Assembly (NCBI GenBank): GCA_963544825.1
Contig: CAUUGG010000001.1
Span: forward strand, 80,890 to 144,889
Direction of reading: 5' to 3'
Origin: an uncultured Acholeplasmataceae bacterium
Lineage (GTDB): Bacteria > Bacillota_I > Bacilli_A > Acholeplasmatales > Acholeplasmataceae
DNA: 64,000 nt
This document shows positions 48,683 through 58,787 of this stretch, piece by piece. A program made the translations under genes and the position numbers. A model generated the notes under the pieces. It made no database searches. It was not told the DNA's origin and saw only the letters and a list, made by a program, of their open reading frames with translations. Position 1 is the stretch's first letter, and each line of letters starts with the position of its first letter.

Positions 48683-48877
48683 ATGAATTACTCTGCGTTA
48701 ATTAAAGAACTAAGGGACCGTCGTTTTTTGTCACAAACCGATCTTGCCAAAATTTTAGGGGTTACCTACGTTACGATTTCTAGGTGGGAAAGTGGGCGCT
48801 TCAAACCTACTTTTAGTTCTAAAAGAAAACTTAATAACTTGTTTATAGAAGAGAAACTAATTGAAGTTAAACAATAA
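48683..48877 (+). CDS. XRE-family helix-turn-helix transcriptional regulator (64 aa)
   Basis: The segment LSQTDLAKILGVTYVTISRWESGRFKP is a classic Cro/C1-type HTH. A strong AAAGGAGGGG RBS lies upstream. Confidence 0.85.
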   Translation: MNYSALIKELRDRRFLSQTDLAKILGVTYVTISRWESGRFKPTFSSKRKLNNLFIEEKLIEVKQ

Positions 48878-48880
48878 TAT

Positions 48881-48905
48881 AAAAACGCCTGATAAGGCGT
48901 TTTTA
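48881..48905. terminator. Bidirectional terminator between the convergent XRE and lipoprotein genes
   Basis: AAAAACGCCT-gata-AGGCGTTTTT has A/T runs on both sides. Confidence 0.8.
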
Positions 48906-48907
48906 TA

Positions 48908-50503
48908 TTATTTATTTAGTTTTAAATTTTCAATTAGTTTATCTAAGTATTCGCTCAACTTAGTTATTCCATTTGCTTGTTTTTCAAGTAATTCGTTTAG
49001 GTTTTTAATCTTGTTGTAGTCTTTAACTAACTGATGTACAAAATCATTGTAAAACAAATCAATTAACTGTTTAGCAGATGGATGCATAGTTTTAGGATCT
49101 TCTAATTTTTCTGAATGCGCTAAGATTGAGTAAACACCGTTGCAAAATAAAAAGAATTTATCGTATTTTTCGGCTTGATACTCAGGCGAAATAACACCTG
49201 CTTGATTTTTTAAGGCACGAGCTCTTTTTTCGCCCAATTTGTAAATTAGGTTTAACAAGAAATGAGGAAGTTCGTTTAAAGTTTTTATGTATTCTTGATG
49301 TTCAGTTTCACTTAAGTTGGCAAGTTCTTTAACTAAACCTTTGATAGAGTCAGCAATTTTAGTAATTTGCTCTTTTTGTTTTGAAAGAACTTCTGCTAAG
49401 TTTCCAGCAGTTGCTTGGTTTGCAGAAATTAGTGATTTAATTTCATTAACTAAAGCGACTTTTTTTGCTAAATCTGACTCTGCGGAAATTTTGTTTTTAA
49501 GTTCAGTAATTTTGGCAAAATTCGCTTGATATTCCTTTACTGCAGTTTCAACATCTTTAAATTTAGAAAAATCAATGTCTTTTAATTGAGAGAAACTTAA
49601 AATGTGCGCTCCAAGTTTATCAAGTAAATCAAAATACTTTTTAGAAGAATCACTGTTAATTAGTTTAATTAACTCATCTTTGTGGGTGTCTGGTCTGTTT
49701 GGATTTCTTACAAACATAGCGTAACTTAAGGCTTTAAGAAGATTTACTTTTAAGTTAGTTCCCAGTTTAGACAAATCAGCAAAGTTGATAAAGTTTTCTA
49801 TCTTAATTTCTTTAGCATAAGCAATTTGTGCAAGATAAAAAACATTTGGTTTTAGGGTTTCAATAAATTCTTCTAGTGGTTTTAATTCAGGGTGATTTGG
49901 GAATTTAATATCTGACTTTAAAAATTCAGTAATGGTTCCAAGTGCATTTTTTTCAAGTTTTTGTTTAAGTTCATTAAGATCGTTTACTTTAAAAGCGTTT
50001 AAAATGATTTGCCAAACTTCTTGTAGACTATCTATTCTTTTGGCAATCTTATTAAACTCATCTAAATAAGGAAGTTGGTCAATAAGTTTGTTAGTCTCAA
50101 AGCCGTATGTCTCTAGATTTTTCAATTCACTTTGATAAATAAACTCAGTTTTGGTTTCAATTGTTGAATTTGCTGTAACTTCAAAGCCAAGTTTCATAAT
50201 GTCTTTAAGTAGTTTATCTGAAAGCAAGTATTCTTTTTTATCTAAAGCAACGCCAATGATTTTAAGGTTGTCTTTTTTTGCAGCCTCTAAATCTAGTTCA
50301 AACTTAACTAAGGTTTTTTCTGAAACAGTTTGTGGGCTAACTGGTTTTTCAACACCAGCAATAGTTGGCTTGATGTATTTGTCGTAAGTCACCGTGTAGG
50401 TTTTTGGTGGTACTGGTTTTGGTTTTTCTGGGTTTTTTGGTTTACACGAATAGAAGAGAAAACCTAGAATAAAAGTTAGTAAAATAACTAAAGTTTTTTT
50501 CAT
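48908..50503 (-). CDS. Large predicted lipoprotein (531 aa), probably helix-rich
   Basis: It has a signal peptide with a lipobox (MKKTLVILLTFILGFLFYSC) and a Pro/Lys-rich linker (KPKNPEKPKPVPPK). I recognised no family. Confidence 0.7.
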   Translation of the reverse strand: MKKTLVILLTFILGFLFYSCKPKNPEKPKPVPPKTYTVTYDKYIKPTIAGVEKPVSPQTVSEKTLVKFELDLEAAKKDNLKIIGVALDKKEYLLSDKLLKDIMKLGFEVTANSTIETKTEFIYQSELKNLETYGFETNKLIDQLPYLDEFNKIAKRIDSLQEVWQIILNAFKVNDLNELKQKLEKNALGTITEFLKSDIKFPNHPELKPLEEFIETLKPNVFYLAQIAYAKEIKIENFINFADLSKLGTNLKVNLLKALSYAMFVRNPNRPDTHKDELIKLINSDSSKKYFDLLDKLGAHILSFSQLKDIDFSKFKDVETAVKEYQANFAKITELKNKISAESDLAKKVALVNEIKSLISANQATAGNLAEVLSKQKEQITKIADSIKGLVKELANLSETEHQEYIKTLNELPHFLLNLIYKLGEKRARALKNQAGVISPEYQAEKYDKFFLFCNGVYSILAHSEKLEDPKTMHPSAKQLIDLFYNDFVHQLVKDYNKIKNLNELLEKQANGITKLSEYLDKLIENLKLNK

Positions 50504-50543
50504 AAATTACTCCTTTTTTAAAAACATTTCAAGCAAGATTATA

Positions 50544-51338
50544 CTATGCTTGCTTTAATTTTGCTATTTCGGTTAAAATTTTCTTAAAAGAATCCAGAGA
50601 AGGTATTAGTTTATCTAGGTATTCGTTTTCTTTTTCTAACACATTTGGAGTTAGTCTAAGCACCTTATCTGAAATTAAAATAGTTAGCGTGTTTAGTTTT
50701 TTGACTAAAATCACTGAGTTGAACCTAGCAAAAGTACTATAGATTTGAGTGTATGTGTGCTCAGCAAACAAATTTGGTTGTTTAGTGTAAAGTTTAAATT
50801 TATTTTTAAAAGGTGTGGGTAGGTTTTTGACTAAAAATTGACGATTGACTTTTGGTTTATTTAAAGCGTAGTGATTAAATATAGCAAAGTCAGGAAGATC
50901 TGTTAAGAAATTAGTAAACTCAATTCTAACTAAAGGTCTTGAGAAAATTGCGCTTTCCTTAAATTCAGTTAAAATAATTCCGGTTTCTTCGTTTACCAAA
51001 TTCAAATTACTTTTTTTGTTTATTTTGTATTCAGGTGTGTAAGCAAGCGTTGGCATGTATGTAAGTTCTAACTTGTTTTTAATTCTTAGACTTACTTCTT
51101 GAAACTCATTAGACTTAAAAAAGTCTTTTAAGTATAGTGACTCTAAATGCCTTAAATAAAAAAGCAACATTACAACAAGTAAAGGAATTAGCGCAAAAAC
51201 AAAAATCCCAAATATTATTTGCATGTCTTTTTCTTTGAAAAGGAACGGAAAAAAAACAATCGCTACCAATTCAAATCCAAGAAGCACATACAAATAACTC
51301 ATAAAATGTTTGTAAATTCTTTTAATTTTTTTCTTCAT
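50544..51338 (-). CDS. Hypothetical membrane protein with 2 N-terminal TM helices
   Basis: The call rests on the hydrophobic profile. The gene overlaps the stop of the upstream permease gene. Confidence 0.45.
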   Translation of the reverse strand: MKKKIKRIYKHFMSYLYVLLGFELVAIVFFPFLFKEKDMQIIFGIFVFALIPLLVVMLLFYLRHLESLYLKDFFKSNEFQEVSLRIKNKLELTYMPTLAYTPEYKINKKSNLNLVNEETGIILTEFKESAIFSRPLVRIEFTNFLTDLPDFAIFNHYALNKPKVNRQFLVKNLPTPFKNKFKLYTKQPNLFAEHTYTQIYSTFARFNSVILVKKLNTLTILISDKVLRLTPNVLEKENEYLDKLIPSLDSFKKILTEIAKLKQA

Positions 51339-52629
51339 TTTTTAAATTTTTCCTCTGAGATTTTTTAAAAATTTGGCTAAGTTTAATTTTTTCGTATCTC
51401 AAAACAAAGAAACGATAAATCTGCGGTGCGTAGTAGAAAAGCACAAACACGCAAATTGTGTTCAGGGCAAAAATAACTAAGGTTTCAATAATTGAGATAG
51501 TGCCTGCTAACATCAAAGCTGGTGCTGTGATTAGTCCGGTAAGTGGAAAATATGCAAAGACGTGAATTAAGGTTTGTGCGAAACTAGACTCTGAGTTATA
51601 GGTGAAAAACACCACATAGAAAGGAGCTATGAAAATCAGCATCAAGACCGAAAAAATATTTTGAAAAGACTCTGAATTATGTGCAAATGACGCCAAAATT
51701 CCGGAAATCAAAATGGACGCAAACAATAGCATAAATAAACCAAGTAAATCAAGGGTTAGCGGAGTGGTAATGGCTGCTTTTAATTCAGAGGTGATTTTAA
51801 GTCCTGTTAACTGCACGCCTGAGTTGATGCTTTGTCCGAAAAACACGGAAGCCAGCGTAGAGTAGACAAAAAGCAGTGCAAACTGAATTAAGATATAGCC
51901 AATTATTGCTAAAAACTTAGTATAAAAGTGTTGACGCGGAGAAATTGACTGAAAGATTAACTCAACTGTTTTGCTTTGTTTTTCGCTAAAAATGTCTGCG
52001 GAAAACAACTGAGAAGTAAAGGCAAACACAAAAATAAATACGGTAAACATCGCAACAAGTAAAATAAGGGCAATCCGTTTGGTGTCCAGAGTTAACTTGT
52101 TTTGATTGATTTGTGGGTTTACTTGATCTTCTGTTAAATTATAAAAATCATATACCGCAAACTTGCGAAGTTGTGCGTTTAGTTCAGTTTGCACACTTTG
52201 TTTAGTTTGATTAAAGTAAACTTCTGTGACTAACTTAGAGTTTTCCATTTTAAAGTCAACTAAAGCAGTGGCTTTTTTGTTTTCAAGGAAAGTCTTAATT
52301 GAACTTGCTTGATTTAACTTAAAATTAAAGTCAGTGATGAACTCAAGTTCAAAATTACTTTTTTTAGGGTCTTTGCCAACTAGACGGTCTTTTAACTTAT
52401 TCTTAAAATCAGCAATTGAGTAAGTGCCGTACGCACAGTCTTTTAAGGTGTTGACAATAACTTTACTTTTAACAAGTTCTGCTTTATTTTTACGGCCAGC
52501 AATTAAATTAGGCAGAGCACTTAAAATAAAGATTAAAAAGAATAAAATTAAGTTAGTAAATAAAAAGGTCTTGGTCTTTAGGCGTCTTGTTAAATTATAT
52601 AAAAACAACTTACCAAATTTGCTATTCAT
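51322..52629 (-). CDS. ABC-2 type transporter permease (NatB-like)
   Basis: It has an N-terminal TM helix, a large extracytoplasmic loop and 5 C-terminal TM helices. It overlaps the ABC ATPase gene. Confidence 0.6.
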   Translation of the reverse strand: MNSKFGKLFLYNLTRRLKTKTFLFTNLILFFLIFILSALPNLIAGRKNKAELVKSKVIVNTLKDCAYGTYSIADFKNKLKDRLVGKDPKKSNFELEFITDFNFKLNQASSIKTFLENKKATALVDFKMENSKLVTEVYFNQTKQSVQTELNAQLRKFAVYDFYNLTEDQVNPQINQNKLTLDTKRIALILLVAMFTVFIFVFAFTSQLFSADIFSEKQSKTVELIFQSISPRQHFYTKFLAIIGYILIQFALLFVYSTLASVFFGQSINSGVQLTGLKITSELKAAITTPLTLDLLGLFMLLFASILISGILASFAHNSESFQNIFSVLMLIFIAPFYVVFFTYNSESSFAQTLIHVFAYFPLTGLITAPALMLAGTISIIETLVIFALNTICVFVLFYYAPQIYRFFVLRYEKIKLSQIFKKSQRKNLKNEEKN

Positions 52630-53524
52630 AATTCTTCACCTTTGCGATAAAAATTTCTTTTAAAGAAGCGTAGTCTAGTGAATATCTCTTGATGTCTACT
52701 TTGTCTTTTATGAAATTAAAAATCGGCTGGCTGTAGTTTTCTGATTTTAAAGTTAGTCTAATTTGGTTTAAAGAAAGTTCTTTAATTTCACAAATTCCAT
52801 CTAGCCTTGAAAAAGACTGCTTGGCAATTTCTGGGGCTTCGATGTTTAGATAAACTTTTGAAAAGTTTTGTTTAATCTCGTTTAAATCGCCTTGTACGAC
52901 GGTTTTACCTTGATTTAAAATTAAAACCTTTGAGCAAAGCGACTCAACTTGATCAATTTGGTGTGAAGAAAATATTACCATTGTACCTGACTTAATTAAG
53001 TCGTTAATTACTTCCATAAATAACTTGATATTAAAAACATCTAACCCTGTAAACGGTTCGTCTAAGATCAATAGTTTTGGTTTATTTAACACAGCTACAA
53101 TAAATTGCAAGCGCTGTTGCATACCTTTGGAAAGTTCTTGGATTTTTGAGTCAAACTTGTCTTTCAGCCCAAAAAACTCAAGGTGTTTTTTAAGTTCTAA
53201 CTCTACTTCTTTTTTAGACATATCTTTTAGCATACAAAGGTAGTAAACGTAGTCTTTAACCTTCATATTTTGAATTAAACTGCGTTCTTCAAGCATATAA
53301 CCAATGTCTTTTGAAAGCGCGTAGCCAGGTTCTTTTTCAAAGATAGAAATTGAACCACTTACTGGTTTTATCAGTCCAGTAAGTAAACGAAAAGTAGTAG
53401 ACTTACCAGATCCGTTGGCACCAAGTAAGCCCATTATTTCGCCAGGTTTTAAAGTAAAACTAAGGTCAGTTAAAACTAAGTTTTTCTTATCGTAAGAAAA
53501 ACTAACATTTTTAAACTCAATCAT
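52622..53524 (-). CDS. ABC transporter ATP-binding protein
   Basis: It has Walker A GANGSGKST, the signature LSKGMQQR, Walker B LILDEPFTGLD and the H-loop SSHQ. Confidence 0.9.
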   Translation of the reverse strand: MIEFKNVSFSYDKKNLVLTDLSFTLKPGEIMGLLGANGSGKSTTFRLLTGLIKPVSGSISIFEKEPGYALSKDIGYMLEERSLIQNMKVKDYVYYLCMLKDMSKKEVELELKKHLEFFGLKDKFDSKIQELSKGMQQRLQFIVAVLNKPKLLILDEPFTGLDVFNIKLFMEVINDLIKSGTMVIFSSHQIDQVESLCSKVLILNQGKTVVQGDLNEIKQNFSKVYLNIEAPEIAKQSFSRLDGICEIKELSLNQIRLTLKSENYSQPIFNFIKDKVDIKRYSLDYASLKEIFIAKVKNYE

Positions 53525-55459
53525 TTATTTTAAGCCTTTAGTTTTAATTTCTTTTTTAAGTAGTTTAATAAAGTCACCAGTCTTAATTTCAGTTTGTTGA
53601 GTTTCTCCGTATTTACGGTAAGTTACTGATTTGTTTTGAACTTCGTTGTCGCCAATTACCAAAGTATAGTTAACTTTTTGAGTTTGAGATTGTCTAATTT
53701 TGTAGCCAAGTTTTTCAGAAGAAGCGTCAAGATAAACAATAAAACCTTGTTTTCTTAGGCGAGCGACAACTTGTTTTGCGTATCTTAAGTGAAACTCGTT
53801 GTTCACAGGAATTACTCTGATTTGATCTGGCGATAGCCAAAGTGGGAAAACTCCTTTGGTCTCTTCAAGTAGATAGGCAATGAAACGCTCCATTGTAGAA
53901 ACCACACCGCGGTGAATTACCACTGGTGTTTTTTCTTTGCCGTCTTTGTCAACATAAGTTAGGCCAAAACGGTTGGCAAGCAAGAAGTCTAGTTGAACAG
54001 TTGAAAGCGTTTCTTCGTGGCCAATTGCTGTTTTGATTTGCACGTCTAGTTTAGGTCCGTAGAAAGCAGCCTCGCCTTTTGCCTCAAAGTAGGTTAGCTT
54101 AAGTGAGTCCATAGTTTCTTTTAGGTATTTTTCTGCCATGTCCCACATTTTGTCATCTGGATAGTATTTTTCTTTATCTTCTTTATCGCGGTATGACAAT
54201 CTAAACTTAAAGTCTTTGATATTAAAGTCTTTGTAGCAATCTAAAATTAGTTTTACAGTTTGACTAAACTCTTGTTTAATTTGTTTCGGAGTTACAAAAA
54301 TATGAGCATCGTTTAAAGTCATTTCGCGAACTCTTTCCAGACCAGTTAGTGCACCTGACTTTTCGTATCTATGCATCATTCCAAGTTCAGCAATTCTAAG
54401 TGGTAGCTCTTGATATGAACGCAGTTTTTGGGAAAATATTTGCATGTGATGCGGGCAGTTCATTGGACGCAACACCATTTTTTCACCACTTTTGAACTCT
54501 AATACTGGAAACATTGAGTCTTTGTAGTGAGCAAAGTGACCAGAGGTTTCGTAAAGCGAAACGTTTGCCAAAATTGGCGTGTAGACGTGTAAGTATCCAA
54601 GTGCTAGTTCTTTGTCGGTAATATAACGCTCAACTGTGCGGCGAATAGTTGCACCTTTTGGTTGCATAAAAACTAGACCTGGGCCAACTTCTTTGGAAAT
54701 AAAGAAAATGTCTTGTTCTTTTCCGACCTTGCGGTGATCGCGATCCTTTCGCTCTTGCAGTAGTTTTAAGTAAGCATCTAAGTCGCCTTGCGTAAAAAAA
54801 GCACATCCATAAATTCGCGTAAGTGGTTTTTCTTTAGCAGAACCTTTAAAGTAAGAACCTGATACTGAAAGTAATTTAAAAAACTGAACTTCCCCTGTTG
54901 ACTTAACATGTCCACCACGACAAAGGTCTGAAAACTCACCTTCTGTGTAGACAGTTAAACCTTCGCTTGCGTGTTTTTCAATTAAGTCTAGTTTATATGG
55001 ATTTTCTTTAAAGATTTCTTTGGCTTCATCAAGTGTCACTTCTTTTCTTAAAACTGGAAAGTTAGACTTGCTAAGTTCATGCATTTTCTTTTCAATTAGC
55101 GCAAAATCTTGGTCTGAAATCACAGAACCTGCTAAATCCATGTCATAGTAGAAACCCTCTTCAATTGCAGGTCCAACCCAAAATTTAGTGTTTGGATATA
55201 GTTCATGAACGGCGTATGCCAAAAGATGTGCGGCTGAGTGGTTTAGAATTTTTAAAGCAAGTTCGTCTTTTTTAGTTAAAATTAAAAACTCACCACTTTC
55301 TAAAATTGGTTCGTTTGCACCAATTAAGCGATCGTTTAGTTTAGCACCAACTGTGGCTTTTTTTAAAGAAAGTGAAATATTTTCGGCAACTTCTAAAACA
55401 GTTGTGCCAAGAGCATACTCTTTTTTGTCTTTGTTCGGAAAAGTTAATTCTATTTTCAT
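53525..55459 (-). CDS. thrS: Threonine--tRNA ligase
   Basis: The 644-aa translation has a TGS domain, the editing-domain motif HSAAHLL and a class II core (RPMNCPHH, HRGVVSTMERF). Confidence 0.96.
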   Translation of the reverse strand: MKIELTFPNKDKKEYALGTTVLEVAENISLSLKKATVGAKLNDRLIGANEPILESGEFLILTKKDELALKILNHSAAHLLAYAVHELYPNTKFWVGPAIEEGFYYDMDLAGSVISDQDFALIEKKMHELSKSNFPVLRKEVTLDEAKEIFKENPYKLDLIEKHASEGLTVYTEGEFSDLCRGGHVKSTGEVQFFKLLSVSGSYFKGSAKEKPLTRIYGCAFFTQGDLDAYLKLLQERKDRDHRKVGKEQDIFFISKEVGPGLVFMQPKGATIRRTVERYITDKELALGYLHVYTPILANVSLYETSGHFAHYKDSMFPVLEFKSGEKMVLRPMNCPHHMQIFSQKLRSYQELPLRIAELGMMHRYEKSGALTGLERVREMTLNDAHIFVTPKQIKQEFSQTVKLILDCYKDFNIKDFKFRLSYRDKEDKEKYYPDDKMWDMAEKYLKETMDSLKLTYFEAKGEAAFYGPKLDVQIKTAIGHEETLSTVQLDFLLANRFGLTYVDKDGKEKTPVVIHRGVVSTMERFIAYLLEETKGVFPLWLSPDQIRVIPVNNEFHLRYAKQVVARLRKQGFIVYLDASSEKLGYKIRQSQTQKVNYTLVIGDNEVQNKSVTYRKYGETQQTEIKTGDFIKLLKKEIKTKGLK

Positions 55460-55479
55460 TTGTAAACTCCTTATATAGG

Positions 55480-56217
55480 TTAAGCGATTTCAACAATGTT
55501 TTTACCAGTAAGTATTTTTATCTTACTGCAAATTTGTAGAGCAAGTTGTACATCGCCAGTTTTTTCACTAATTTTTTTATAGTATTCTTTTAAGTTAAAA
55601 TTAGATGAAAAAATCGTCGTGAGACTATAGTTTAAACGGTGCTCTAAAATCGGCACTAAAACAGATTTGTACAACCAGTCTGCACCTTGTTCGGTACCAA
55701 TATCGTCAAGAATTAAAACAGGTGTGTTTTTAAATAACTCTAGGTATTTACGGTTGTTTGGTTCAACTGGATTAGCATAAGTAAATAAGTCTATTGGAAA
55801 AACATGCAGAACTTCGGTGTTTTTGCGGCGCAAAGCAGTGGCTAGTGCTCTAAGTAAAAAAGTTTTGCCAACTGCGTTTTGACCGGTTAACATAAAACCA
55901 AGGGGAGTGTGTTCAGCAGTAATTTCTGAAATTACTCGGTCTGCATAAAATTTAGCATTTTTTTGGCCAGGCATTTTTTCTTGAAAACCACTAAGTTCAG
56001 CGTCTGGTTGTATAAACTTACCAGCAATAGAAGCAGATGCTACTTTTTCAATTGGTCTGATTTTAAGTGCGTTGTTTTTATCTCTATAAAGTTCAGCAGG
56101 TTTGTTTTGACTTAAGTAATAGTTAATATAAAATAAAATTGTTTGTTTATCTAAAGTGTTTAGGTCAATTTTAAGGTTTGGATATTTTTTTAATATTGCT
56201 TTAATTTCGGCTTGCAT
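55480..56217 (-). CDS. dnaI: Primosomal helicase loader DnaI (AAA+, DnaC/IstB-like)
   Basis: It has Walker A GQNAVGKTFLL and Walker B LILDDIGTE, and sits in the conserved dnaB-dnaI-thrS order. Confidence 0.8.
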   Translation of the reverse strand: MQAEIKAILKKYPNLKIDLNTLDKQTILFYINYYLSQNKPAELYRDKNNALKIRPIEKVASASIAGKFIQPDAELSGFQEKMPGQKNAKFYADRVISEITAEHTPLGFMLTGQNAVGKTFLLRALATALRRKNTEVLHVFPIDLFTYANPVEPNNRKYLELFKNTPVLILDDIGTEQGADWLYKSVLVPILEHRLNYSLTTIFSSNFNLKEYYKKISEKTGDVQLALQICSKIKILTGKNIVEIA

Positions 56218-56219
56218 AA

Positions 56220-57422
56220 TTAAAACCCTTCTACTAGTTTATCTGCCCAACTAGGCGAAAAACTACTGTTGGTTGAATTTGTTTTTCTAGTTTTAGGAGC
56301 AGTATTTGAAATTAATCTTTCGGCTAATTTTTGTGAAAGCAAAACTGCGTCTTTCGTGGTTTTTACTTTATAGTCGATTATCCAAATGTTTAAAGCCTTT
56401 TCTAAAAAAGTATTTGTAGGTAGACGATCTGCGAATTCTTTTTGTTGGTATTTGCAAGAATGCAAAATTAACATATTTAGCACACCAAGGTTGACATTTT
56501 CTTTGTGTTTTTCTATAAAGTCAATCAGTTGAACAAAATCTTTTGCATCAATTTTAGTGACTTTAGTTTGTTGTTTAATCGCTTCAACAAGCGATTTTAC
56601 ATCAATTGAACTCAACCATTTAGTAATTTCTGAAGCACTATCTTCTTTAGTTTTTTGACTAAAACGATATGTTGAAATTGCAACTTTTAAAGCATCAATA
56701 TTTGGTGCTTTTTTGTCTTTAATATTGGCTATAAAAATTTCTGCAAGTTCTTTTTCTTTTAATGAAAAATTTAAAGCCAAAGAAATAAGTCGTGATTTAT
56801 AACTTTCGTTTTCAAGTTCATTACCAGAAAAAGGGACTTTTGATTTAGTTAAAAAACCAGTGAACTCAACAAAATCAAACTCAGATATAAACTCAGGAAC
56901 TCTTGTTTTGTCAATTCCGTAGCTTTCGGCTACTGCTACTTTTTTAGGATCGAACGCTCCAAAGGTTTTGACTAAGTTAGTCTCAGTTATATTAGTGTAG
57001 TTTTTTGAAATGAATGAATTAGTATGAAATATTTGTTTAATTGAGTTATAGGTTTCTAAACTTGGAATATTTTTTTGTAGTAAAACATGCAAGTTAGGGT
57101 TTCCAAAAAAAGAGTTGGCAGTAAGTGGATTATTTAAAATTAAAACTAAGTTGTCTTGATTTTCAAAAGTGTCAATTAGTCCGATTGCCTCTAGTTTGCG
57201 CCTAGTTTCGGTAAGTTTTTGGGGTGAAATATTTAGTAAATTTACAAAAAAATTGTGGTCAAAATCCAAAGATTTGCCCACAGAAAAATTCACCAATTGC
57301 ACAAAGGAAAGATAAAGCGAATAGGCTTTTTTCCCCAAAATTGGCAAGTATAGATAAGTTAAAACTTTTACTTGTTCTGCTGTTAATTGTGATTTTTTAT
57401 AAACTGTGATTTTAGTTGCCAT
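56220..57422 (-). CDS. dnaB: Replication initiation / membrane attachment protein, Bacillus DnaB/DnaD family
   Basis: The N-terminal YLPILGKKAYSLY is DnaD-like. Synteny upstream of dnaI supports the call. Confidence 0.65.
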   Translation of the reverse strand: MATKITVYKKSQLTAEQVKVLTYLYLPILGKKAYSLYLSFVQLVNFSVGKSLDFDHNFFVNLLNISPQKLTETRRKLEAIGLIDTFENQDNLVLILNNPLTANSFFGNPNLHVLLQKNIPSLETYNSIKQIFHTNSFISKNYTNITETNLVKTFGAFDPKKVAVAESYGIDKTRVPEFISEFDFVEFTGFLTKSKVPFSGNELENESYKSRLISLALNFSLKEKELAEIFIANIKDKKAPNIDALKVAISTYRFSQKTKEDSASEITKWLSSIDVKSLVEAIKQQTKVTKIDAKDFVQLIDFIEKHKENVNLGVLNMLILHSCKYQQKEFADRLPTNTFLEKALNIWIIDYKVKTTKDAVLLSQKLAERLISNTAPKTRKTNSTNSSFSPSWADKLVEGF

Positions 57423-58014
57423 AATGCATTTTTAAGACTGAAAATAGAGCAGAAACTTCGTTTTCTAAACTTAAATTCATATGATTATTATATACTACAT
57501 AATCTGCAAAAAGCAATTTCTCATCGTTAATTATCTGGTGTTTTAAGATAGAAAAAAACTCTTTTTCGCTGTTTTTTCGGGTGGCTAAAAATCTGTTTTT
57601 AGACGTTTCTAAATCAGCATATACTAGTACTACAAAGTCAAATTTATCGCGTAAATTTCGTTCAAAAAGCAAAGGAACTTCAACAAAAATGTATGCATTT
57701 TTTGAATTTACTTGAACTTCTTTTAGTTTTGCAAAAACTTGCGGGAAAAAAATATCTTCCAGTTGCTTTAGTTTTTTTGGTTGACTAAAAACTAGTTTCT
57801 TAACAGTTTCTTTAAGTTCAGGTGACAGCGTCAACGAAAAAGTTTCGGCAATTTTTGCCAAGTTGTTTTTATCTTGCCAAAGTGTGTCTACTATTTTGTC
57901 AGTAGATATAGTTTCATGTCCTTGTTTTTTAAGTAAAGATAAAAACTCAGTTTTGCCAGAGCAAATATTGCCGGTAATTGCAATTAACTTACTTTTGGCA
58001 AACTTCGCAGACAT
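57412..58014 (-). CDS. coaE: Dephospho-CoA kinase
   Basis: It has the P-loop IAITGNICSGKTEF. The likely start is the ATG at 58014; the track's start at 58059 overlaps mutM by 70 nt. Confidence 0.85.
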   Translation of the reverse strand: MSAKFAKSKLIAITGNICSGKTEFLSLLKKQGHETISTDKIVDTLWQDKNNLAKIAETFSLTLSPELKETVKKLVFSQPKKLKQLEDIFFPQVFAKLKEVQVNSKNAYIFVEVPLLFERNLRDKFDFVVLVYADLETSKNRFLATRKNSEKEFFSILKHQIINDEKLLFADYVVYNNHMNLSLENEVSALFSVLKMHYGN

Positions 58015-58786
58015 AACTGCCTCTTCCTGCAACTTTGATTTTCTTAATTTCAGTACCACAAACCAAACAAAGTTTCCCCGCTCTAGTGTGTACTTTTAAA
58101 TAATTTTGAAAACTACCGTTTAAACCTTCAGCAATTTCAAAACTAGAAATAGTAGAACCACCTAGTTCTACTGCTTTTTTTAAAATTATTTTTGAGTTTT
58201 CTAGAATTTTTTCAAAGTCTGCTTTAGTTAATGTATCTATTGTTCTGGTTGGCAGGATTTTACTTGCAAACAAAACCTCGTCAACGTAAATATTGCCAAG
58301 ACCGGCGATGTTGTGTTGGTCAAGCAAAAAAGCCTTTACTAAACTGCTTTTGTGCTTGGCTTTTAAAACCAACTCATCGGCAGTTAAGTCAAAAGGTTCT
58401 TTTCCAACTTTATCAGAAAGATAGTCGCCAATTGAATCTGTTTTAACTAAAACAAAGTTACCAAATTTTCGTCTATCTACAAAATCCAGAGTTTCTTTGC
58501 CTTCAAAGTAAAAACGGACTCTGGTATGGGGGTTGATTTGTGAGTTTAAGTAATATCTGCCTTCCATTCTTAGATGAGAAATTAAAGTCATGTTGTTATC
58601 TAAGTCTAAAAATAAGTATTTTGCGCGTCTACGAACATATTTAATTGTGGTGTTTAGGATTTGTGATATAACGTCGTTGGAAATAATTTTTTCATTAGAA
58701 AAATTATCTATAGTCTCAATTTTTTTGCCAACTATAGATTGACTTAAGTATTTTCGGACGTTTTCAACTTCAGGAAGTTCAGGCAA
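57989..58786 (-). CDS. mutM: Formamidopyrimidine-DNA glycosylase (Fpg/MutM)
   Basis: It has the N-terminal MPELPEVE, an H2TH domain and a C-terminal zinc finger CLVCG..CEVCQ. Confidence 0.94.
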   Translation of the reverse strand: MPELPEVENVRKYLSQSIVGKKIETIDNFSNEKIISNDVISQILNTTIKYVRRRAKYLFLDLDNNMTLISHLRMEGRYYLNSQINPHTRVRFYFEGKETLDFVDRRKFGNFVLVKTDSIGDYLSDKVGKEPFDLTADELVLKAKHKSSLVKAFLLDQHNIAGLGNIYVDEVLFASKILPTRTIDTLTKADFEKILENSKIILKKAVELGGSTISSFEIAEGLNGSFQNYLKVHTRAGKLCLVCGTEIKKIKVAGRGSYVCEVCQK

Positions 58787-58787
58787 T

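Noticed and set aside
7490-55479. T-box leaders upstream of alaS, lysS, argS and thrS
   Set aside because: Each aaRS gene starts 4-20 nt after the preceding gene, which leaves no room for a T-box leader of about 200 nt.
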